Of a stretch of 64,000 nucleotides of DNA, positions 57,869 through 64,000 are shown piece after piece (the stretch's first letter is position 1; each line of letters starts with the position of its first letter). The notes under the pieces are model-generated. The model saw nothing but the letters and a program-made list of their open reading frames with translations, was not told the origin of the DNA and searched no databases. The translations under genes and the position numbers were made by a program. This stretch comes from Thermoplasmatota archaeon (GTDB lineage Archaea > Thermoplasmatota > Penumbrarchaeia > Penumbrarchaeales > Penumbrarchaeaceae): positions 1 through 64,000 of the forward strand of contig JARVGK010000012.1 of NCBI GenBank assembly GCA_029762535.1, written 5' to 3'.

Positions 57869-59344
57869 ATGAGCATTGGTCCCGGCTCTCCGAGAAATAC
57901 ATGGAAGCAATATCCAATGTTGGTCGTCATTCTTGGATTGTTCTTCATATCAATATATGGTGTAGGTGCATCAGCTCAGGTCGAGCCCCCTCCGATCGAG
58001 AGCATTCGAGAACAACTCCCAACTGCTACACTGCTGAAAAGGGATGTAAAGGTAAAAGGAGAAGTGACCCTCGATCAAAACAATAGTGTTTTCGACCTCT
58101 ATAAAACATCGATAACGCCAAGTATGTCATTTCCACCGCGCAATGATTACATCTATCTTAACATAGAGGGGAACGATCCGGCAAACGGCAGGATCAATGT
58201 AATATATTTGTATGATGACCTAACCCCAGGTTCCGACAGCTATGATCTATGGATAGAATCTGATTCGACATTGAATGTTGCTATCTCAACTAAGGAGCCA
58301 TTCGAGAACTGTACAATCTATTTCATCATTTACGGCGATGGAGAATATACCATCGAGATATGGGGCCCTCCCTATTCGAGCTTCTTTTGCTTTCTGGTCC
58401 CGTTATTCTGCTGCTTTATTCCTTTCATGTTGCTCATTCTCGCGATCATTGGACTGGTGATTTTTTTACCATTCTGGTCAGTGAAAAAGAAAACGGAACA
58501 GAGAAGGGAAATGATAAGAAGAAAGGAAAAGATAGTGATACCTCAAGAGTTGAGTGACCCAATGGGGTATTTCAGGTCCAGCAGGAACATGATGAGATAC
58601 AGAAGCTTCCTGAACATTGTGATGATCGTATTGGGATTGATTGGGGGGTTGATTATGTTCATCGGCTTCACAATTTCAATAACCCAACCCGAATCTCTAG
58701 TTTACTTACCATTGATAGGTATAGGTTACCTCATGATCATCGGTTCAACTGTCTTGATGTTGCTCCTTTTGATAGAATCGATATCCCAGAGGACTCAAGT
58801 CCCTCCATATGAAAGATCGATCGGGGTGAACAATGCATGGATGAAACCGTTCAAGGAGATCCTTCCAAATCGTATGGTGGTAATACCCCCCATCTTTTTG
58901 TTGTTCCTTTTCTTATTCATACAGATAATTTTCTATCTATCGGAGGTTTCTATACCCTCTCTCATTATCATTGAATTCCTGGTGATAGGTCTCTTGTCGG
59001 CTTTCATCATTCCTGTTTTTTCATTTTTCAATGTTCGGGCAATGGATGACAGGATCGAATTCCATTTCGGTCCGAGGAGTTTGTGGAATAACATGAGATT
59101 TCTGGGTAAGACCTTAATGATAGACGGTATCTATTCGATAACCCCTGTATCCGTTAATCGATTAAGGGATTATCACATAGGAACCTGGTGGGTTGTGATC
59201 GGTGGAAGAGGAGAGTATGGATACCTGACGAGCGACCGGACCGGGGTTAGCATCATCACCAAGGATGGCAAGGAGTACGTGATCTCAACGAGAGACCCCA
59301 TGAGGCTGGTCAAGTTCGTCCAGGAACGACAGAGCGATAATTGA
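57869..59344 (+). CDS. Membrane protein with exported N-terminal domain, several TMs and a PH-like C-terminal domain
   Basis: Signal peptide, about 5 TM segments, C-terminal GV.I.TKDGKEYVIST.DP..L motif; visibly AT-richer than flanks. Confidence 0.65.
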   Translation: MSIGPGSPRNTWKQYPMLVVILGLFFISIYGVGASAQVEPPPIESIREQLPTATLLKRDVKVKGEVTLDQNNSVFDLYKTSITPSMSFPPRNDYIYLNIEGNDPANGRINVIYLYDDLTPGSDSYDLWIESDSTLNVAISTKEPFENCTIYFIIYGDGEYTIEIWGPPYSSFFCFLVPLFCCFIPFMLLILAIIGLVIFLPFWSVKKKTEQRREMIRRKEKIVIPQELSDPMGYFRSSRNMMRYRSFLNIVMIVLGLIGGLIMFIGFTISITQPESLVYLPLIGIGYLMIIGSTVLMLLLLIESISQRTQVPPYERSIGVNNAWMKPFKEILPNRMVVIPPIFLLFLFLFIQIIFYLSEVSIPSLIIIEFLVIGLLSAFIIPVFSFFNVRAMDDRIEFHFGPRSLWNNMRFLGKTLMIDGIYSITPVSVNRLRDYHIGTWWVVIGGRGEYGYLTSDRTGVSIITKDGKEYVISTRDPMRLVKFVQERQSDN

Positions 59345-59669
59345 TGATATGATCGATGGTATGCATTCTTAATAATGATCATCTTGGTTCTTTTGATCGT
59401 TCGTGATGTGGGTTTGAGCGATGTTCCATCTCGTTCCCGGAACGGGAGGATGTACCTCGGATCAAGACATCGAATTTATTATCTGCCCTCCTCTTCATTG
59501 TATTGTTCTTTATCCAATATAGGTGGGGACCCCCCCCGCAGGAGACCTCCCCGACGGGAGATCTCTGTGGAAGATGGCTTCTTTTATCCGATCCTGTTAT
59601 CGGTTGTCGTATCGGCAAATGTAATTTTATACCGACACCGGTATAAGCTATAAAATATATCGGGACTAC

Positions 59670-60599
59670 ATGAATAAAGCCGATACCGATACGATGTTAA
59701 GATCGATACATCGGGCGGATGCGCTCAGGAAACAACTGGACGATCACAGGCCTCTTCCTCTGGATGCGGTTCGAAGGCTTCAGAAGGAGATCAGGCTCAG
59801 GCATACCTATCATACCGATGCCATAGAGGGTAACACTCTGACCCTGAACGAGACCAGACTGGTGGTCGAGGAAGGGATCACGATAAGCGGGAAACCTCTG
59901 AAAGACCATATAGAGGCCAGGAACGGCCACGAGGCCTTCGGCACGATGATGGACATGGCCACGAAAAAGGAGAGGATAGGCCATGTTCCGGTCCAGAAGT
60001 TACACGAGGCCGTGACGAGGGGGGTCCTCCACGATCCAGGCAGGTACAGGACCACCAACGTGAGGATAACCGGATCCACGATCACTCCTCCTCCATTTAT
60101 TAAAGTGGTAAAGGAGATGGATCGCTATTTCGAGATCGTGAACTCGTCACAAGGCCATCCTGTGGAGGTATCCGCCCTCATACACCACGGTCTTGTAAGG
60201 ATACATCCCTTCACGGATGGGAACGGAAGGGTAGCAAGATTGTTGATGAACCTCCATCTGATGAGCGAGGGTTATCCTCCGATCGTTCTGAGAAAGGAGG
60301 ATAGAAAAAGATATTATCTCTCTCTCAGAAGAGCCGATGGAGGGGATCTGTCCTATCTGACGGATATGATAGCCAAGGCGCTTCAGGGATCGCTCCTTCT
60401 CTATCTTTCGGCGCTATCGGACGATCATCATCTGAAACCCCTGAATGAACTGTCGAAAGGTACGAAATATTCTCAGGAATACCTCAGCCTCCGAGCGAGG
60501 CAGGGAAGATTGGATGCGGTCAAGATCGATGGGACCTGGTACTCTTCAAATGAGGCTTTGAAGAGTTATCTGCTTGGGATCGGTCAATATTCCTCCTAG
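59670..60599 (+). CDS. Fic family protein (N-terminal autoinhibitory motif) with C-terminal HTH-like domain
   Basis: HPFTDGNGRVAR catalytic motif; TDAIEGN fits (S/T)xxxE(G/N); tail YSQEYLSLRARQGRLDAVK..W. Confidence 0.93.
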   Translation: MNKADTDTMLRSIHRADALRKQLDDHRPLPLDAVRRLQKEIRLRHTYHTDAIEGNTLTLNETRLVVEEGITISGKPLKDHIEARNGHEAFGTMMDMATKKERIGHVPVQKLHEAVTRGVLHDPGRYRTTNVRITGSTITPPPFIKVVKEMDRYFEIVNSSQGHPVEVSALIHHGLVRIHPFTDGNGRVARLLMNLHLMSEGYPPIVLRKEDRKRYYLSLRRADGGDLSYLTDMIAKALQGSLLLYLSALSDDHHLKPLNELSKGTKYSQEYLSLRARQGRLDAVKIDGTWYSSNEALKSYLLGIGQYSS

Positions 60600-60650
60600 T
60601 GGGGGATTTCAAGGCTGTTTTTCTGGTATGCTAGCAGGGGATCCCTCCCA

Positions 60651-63600
60651 TCACTCTTCGTGACGTAACATTATTGAGGTCTCATGGGCCTTCTTATTCC
60701 TCTGGTAAAGGAATCCCATGATGGCGAGGCCGGATACAAGTATCATGATCACCACTAATGCGACTATCGCCTCGGTCAGGGTCTCCTTCTCATTTCCGGA
60801 TCCCCCTGGCGGGTCCTCTTCGTCTATGGGGTCGGATATCGTGATCTCTATCCAGGCGCTCACGTTGTGGGACCCATCGTCCGCGAACAGGGAGATCCTA
60901 TGCACTCCTTTGGGAAGCGTGACCTCGACCATAAAGCCGGATCCCAGGTATCCCGATCGGTTCGATGTCCATGTGAGCAGAACGGGATCGTGTGCCCCTA
61001 TACCATCGTCCCTGGTGCCCGCGGCGGAGAGGACTATAGGGGTTCCGGTGTTGAACCTTGAACCATTGGCGGGAATTGATATGATCGGCGTCGGAGGCAG
61101 GTTCTCCGGCGGGACTGTCACCGACAGTTCGAACGATGCGGTCCCGATGTTGCCTGCCAGGTCACGGACGCGGTACCGGATCTTCACCTCACCCTCGGGT
61201 AGTGTCAGGTCCTGGGTCACTATCCAGGGATCGCCAGTGTATTCGTATGGCAATGGGGTCCATATATCGTCGTTGCCGAGACCGAACTCGAGCGAGTCCG
61301 GATCCGGCCCGGAATCCATGTCCCGCACTCGGATGGATACTCGATAGGGAGGTGAACTTTCGAACCTGCCATCACCCGGGGACATGAGCAGGATCTCGGG
61401 AGATGCCGTATCGACCCCTATCGAGATAGGTCCCGAAGCCCCCTTGTTCCCGGCCAGGTCCAACACCTCCATATCGATCCTTCCTCTGAACCTGGGACCA
61501 AGTTCTGGCGAGATCAGCGCGGTGAAGGAGACCATCCTGTCCTCCATCATGACGGCATCGTCGATCCTCACATCGGAGTCGATCCAGGTGCCGAAGGCCT
61601 CACCTTCATCGAGTACCCTGTATCTGAACGAGAACTGGTCCAGGCCGATGTCATCCGATACAGGTATCCTGAAAAGAGGTGATGTCTCGTTGGTCCAGGA
61701 GGGGATCCCGGTCGCATCGATCATCGGCGGGGAGAGGTCCAGTTCCGCGGTGGCGGATCCCCGATCCGAGGAGATCCCGACCCAGTCGATCGCTTCCACG
61801 GCCCAGGTGGTGTCGGAAGGTCCATCTATCTCGATCATGGTACTGTTCGTCGGGCCGTACAGCACATGGGAAGGGACCACCTCGACGGTCCCGTTGTCAT
61901 CCTTCCACCATAGATGTATGGAGGGGGACTGATCCTGGTCCCTGTGAAAGTAGTATATCACGACCTCATGCAGATCCTCTGAGGACAGGTAAAGGTCCGT
62001 GGTCCCCGGTCCCAGCGTGAGATCGTCCATCGGGATCGCCACATCACCGTCCAGTAGCATCATCCCCTCGCCCCTGCCCCTGAGCTCCAATTTATACATT
62101 CCTGTGTTATCGACCCTGATGTAGCCGTGCCATCTTGCGGAGAAACCCTTCGGCGGCAATATCTGCAGTTCGGGATAAGGCCCCCACAGGCCCCAGTCTT
62201 TGTCCAATCCATCCTCATCGATGGAAAGGCCATGTTCCCTCATATCCATGTCCATGTAATATGTGGCATGGAGCCGCCCGCTCTCGAGCATCGGTGTTGA
62301 GCCGCCACTGTCGATCATCCTGTATTCCTTCACCCCGGATCCATCGGAATCGTACTCCGGACCCAGCCCCCCTTCGCACTCGAGCTTCCAAGCCCCTATT
62401 TTACCCAGGTCCGCTCTCTGCGTGAGCGTTACCGATGGCTGATCGGGTTTGGTCCCGTCCACGGGGAACCTCATGGCATGCCCTTTCTCAAGCATGGGTG
62501 AATTGATAGGTGTTTCTCTCAGTTCTATATCGAGTGAATAGACCTGCTCAGGCTGGGTCACAAGGACATCCTCGAACTCCCACGATGGATGGTAAAGGAT
62601 GGAGTCATCCCCTATCCTGATCGATGCCTCCCCTGCCGGGACCATCCTGTCGTAACCCGTGTACACTATGGGGATCCCGGAGATCCGGACCTCATCCCCC
62701 AAACCTGCCCAGATACCCCTCGCGGGGATGTCGATCCCATTTATGGTGATCGATCCCCCTTCACCGAAGGAAAGGTCCCTGGCCACCATGAAAGCGTTCC
62801 TGTACGTCCGGGTCACATGGCATCCTTCGGCATCGGTTACCGTGAATGCTATATCGGTCAGGTCCTGGGGGAAATCCCACGTGAACTCACATTCGAACCA
62901 GGCCGTTGTGCCCCCGATCCCTCCTGAGGGATCATTGAAGAAATGATAAGAAACGATATCCTGCACGTCGATCATCATACCTCCGATCTCCACTTTGAGG
63001 CCTGTCAAGGGGATCGATGGACGGTCGTTCTTGATCGGTATCTCGAACCGGACCCTGCCCCCGGATGCGAATATCGTCCCATCCTCGTGTCCATCCCCCG
63101 TGATCGATAGTCCTTGAAGCCTGATGTGCGAGGAGTAGATGACGAACATCTCCCCGCACTTGCCTCTGTCGTTCCCGATACCGTCGGCGCTCGGGGCGCC
63201 TATAAAGATATCGTCCAGGCCGTCACCGTTGAGGTCACCCGTTCCCAGATGGAAACCCAGGCCGTCCTCGAGGTCCATGCCCTCGATGGTGAAAAGACCC
63301 GAGGGGTTCCCGAGACGGACCACGCGTGACCCGAACGCTGTGGAATGGTCGTAGAAGAGGACGACCCCGGCCATATATCTCGGATCGGTCCCGATGGAGG
63401 GCAGGTCCTGTCCGTGAACGGTGGTGATCAGGTCCAGTTCACCATCGCCCGTGAGGTCCGTGATCGAGAACTGCCTGCCAAGCTGGAATCCAGATCCCTG
63501 CCTGTTGACGGGATCCTCGGCTCCCAGGACCAGCAAGTCGAAGCTGTTCTCGTCATACATTTCGGACGGGAACCCAATCTTCGGTCTGCCGTTGAATATG

Positions 63601-64000
63601 AATATGGCCCCGCAGTCACGGGTGTCGTCTCCCGGGCCGTCGTTGTTTGGTGATGACGCTATCACATCGTCCTTACCGTCGCCGTTCAGGTCCCTGAGCA
63701 TGACGGAGTATCCCAGCTGGTCGTTGTCGCCGGAACCGTGGATCACCGTCTTGCGGGAGGTATCGTATCGCTCGAGCCTCACATCCCTCAGTCCGGTGAT
63801 GTTGAAGTATATGCTCACGTTACCGCACTGTTTCAGCATTTCCGTGCTTCCGAGCGGGGTCCCAACTGCCATATCCAGGTATCCGTCCCCGTCGATGTCG
63901 CCGATGTCCATGGAAAAACCGAAACGATCGTAGTTCTCCTTGTAGATGACAGTCAGCTCCATCTCATCGTGTGGCCCTCCCCAGATGATCCTAACGTTGC
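60651..64000 (-). CDS. C-terminal part of a large FG-GAP/integrin-like + PA14 + Ig/PKD surface protein, TM anchored (runs off right edge)
   Basis: FG..GDIDGDG..D..VG.P repeats; FSARWHGYI PA14-like block; DLAGN Ig motifs; TM then RNKK...HEE. Frame stays open from 63962 to the window end. Confidence 0.85.
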   Translation of the reverse strand, partial: NVRIIWGGPHDEMELTVIYKENYDRFGFSMDIGDIDGDGYLDMAVGTPLGSTEMLKQCGNVSIYFNITGLRDVRLERYDTSRKTVIHGSGDNDQLGYSVMLRDLNGDGKDDVIASSPNNDGPGDDTRDCGAIFIFNGRPKIGFPSEMYDENSFDLLVLGAEDPVNRQGSGFQLGRQFSITDLTGDGELDLITTVHGQDLPSIGTDPRYMAGVVLFYDHSTAFGSRVVRLGNPSGLFTIEGMDLEDGLGFHLGTGDLNGDGLDDIFIGAPSADGIGNDRGKCGEMFVIYSSHIRLQGLSITGDGHEDGTIFASGGRVRFEIPIKNDRPSIPLTGLKVEIGGMMIDVQDIVSYHFFNDPSGGIGGTTAWFECEFTWDFPQDLTDIAFTVTDAEGCHVTRTYRNAFMVARDLSFGEGGSITINGIDIPARGIWAGLGDEVRISGIPIVYTGYDRMVPAGEASIRIGDDSILYHPSWEFEDVLVTQPEQVYSLDIELRETPINSPMLEKGHAMRFPVDGTKPDQPSVTLTQRADLGKIGAWKLECEGGLGPEYDSDGSGVKEYRMIDSGGSTPMLESGRLHATYYMDMDMREHGLSIDEDGLDKDWGLWGPYPELQILPPKGFSARWHGYIRVDNTGMYKLELRGRGEGMMLLDGDVAIPMDDLTLGPGTTDLYLSSEDLHEVVIYYFHRDQDQSPSIHLWWKDDNGTVEVVPSHVLYGPTNSTMIEIDGPSDTTWAVEAIDWVGISSDRGSATAELDLSPPMIDATGIPSWTNETSPLFRIPVSDDIGLDQFSFRYRVLDEGEAFGTWIDSDVRIDDAVMMEDRMVSFTALISPELGPRFRGRIDMEVLDLAGNKGASGPISIGVDTASPEILLMSPGDGRFESSPPYRVSIRVRDMDSGPDPDSLEFGLGNDDIWTPLPYEYTGDPWIVTQDLTLPEGEVKIRYRVRDLAGNIGTASFELSVTVPPENLPPTPIISIPANGSRFNTGTPIVLSAAGTRDDGIGAHDPVLLTWTSNRSGYLGSGFMVEVTLPKGVHRISLFADDGSHNVSAWIEITISDPIDEEDPPGGSGNEKETLTEAIVALVVIMILVSGLAIMGFLYQRNKKAHETSIMLRHEE

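Noticed and set aside
52600-60650. Integron cassette array or CRISPR array
   Set aside because: No integrase or cas genes, no convincing RYYYAAC...GTTRRRY attC boundaries, no regular repeat-spacer period, and the genes appear to carry their own promoters.
1-64000. tRNA/rRNA genes, transposases, integrases
   Set aside because: GTTCGA-like hits fall inside coding sequence without cloverleaf context, and no DDE, HUH or tyrosine-recombinase motifs were recognised.

Overview
Gene-dense, GC-rich chromosomal window from an archaeon. Archaeal markers are MptA-type GTP cyclohydrolase, a short archaeal-type Prs and TATA/BRE-like promoters. The abundance of large PKD/FG-GAP/GLUG/carboxypeptidase-regulatory-domain surface proteins suggests a heterotrophic sediment Thermoplasmatota lineage (inference). 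Housekeeping and metabolic genes: eno, prs, mptA, usp, hutI, aminopeptidase P, DEAD-box helicase and an AddAB-type helicase-nuclease pair. Eight large exported or membrane-anchored surface proteins are present, two truncated by the window edges. An accessory tract at about 52.5-60.6 kb holds a VWA pseudogene, an AAA/DUF4143 ATPase, an HTH-membrane protein pair and a Fic protein. No rRNA, tRNA, CRISPR array, integrase or transposase was recognised. Best candidates for novelty: (1) a shared TM-basic-...-EE(stop) C-terminal tail on 6 of 7 single-pass surface proteins, some with a Cys-rich juxtamembrane motif; (2) a tandem-RHH / small protein / degenerate FtsZ operon; (3) an Lrp-linked operon with a degenerate PLP-fold-II-GNAT fusion, an ornithine-racemase-like enzyme and an unannotated Zn-finger microprotein; (4) a Cys-less sulfite-oxidase-fold binding-protein plus membrane-component module; (5) a GLUG adhesin whose AT-rich ~5 kb core is bracketed by GC-rich segments homologous to the neighbouring paralog. 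All calls are by-eye motif recognition; no searches were run.
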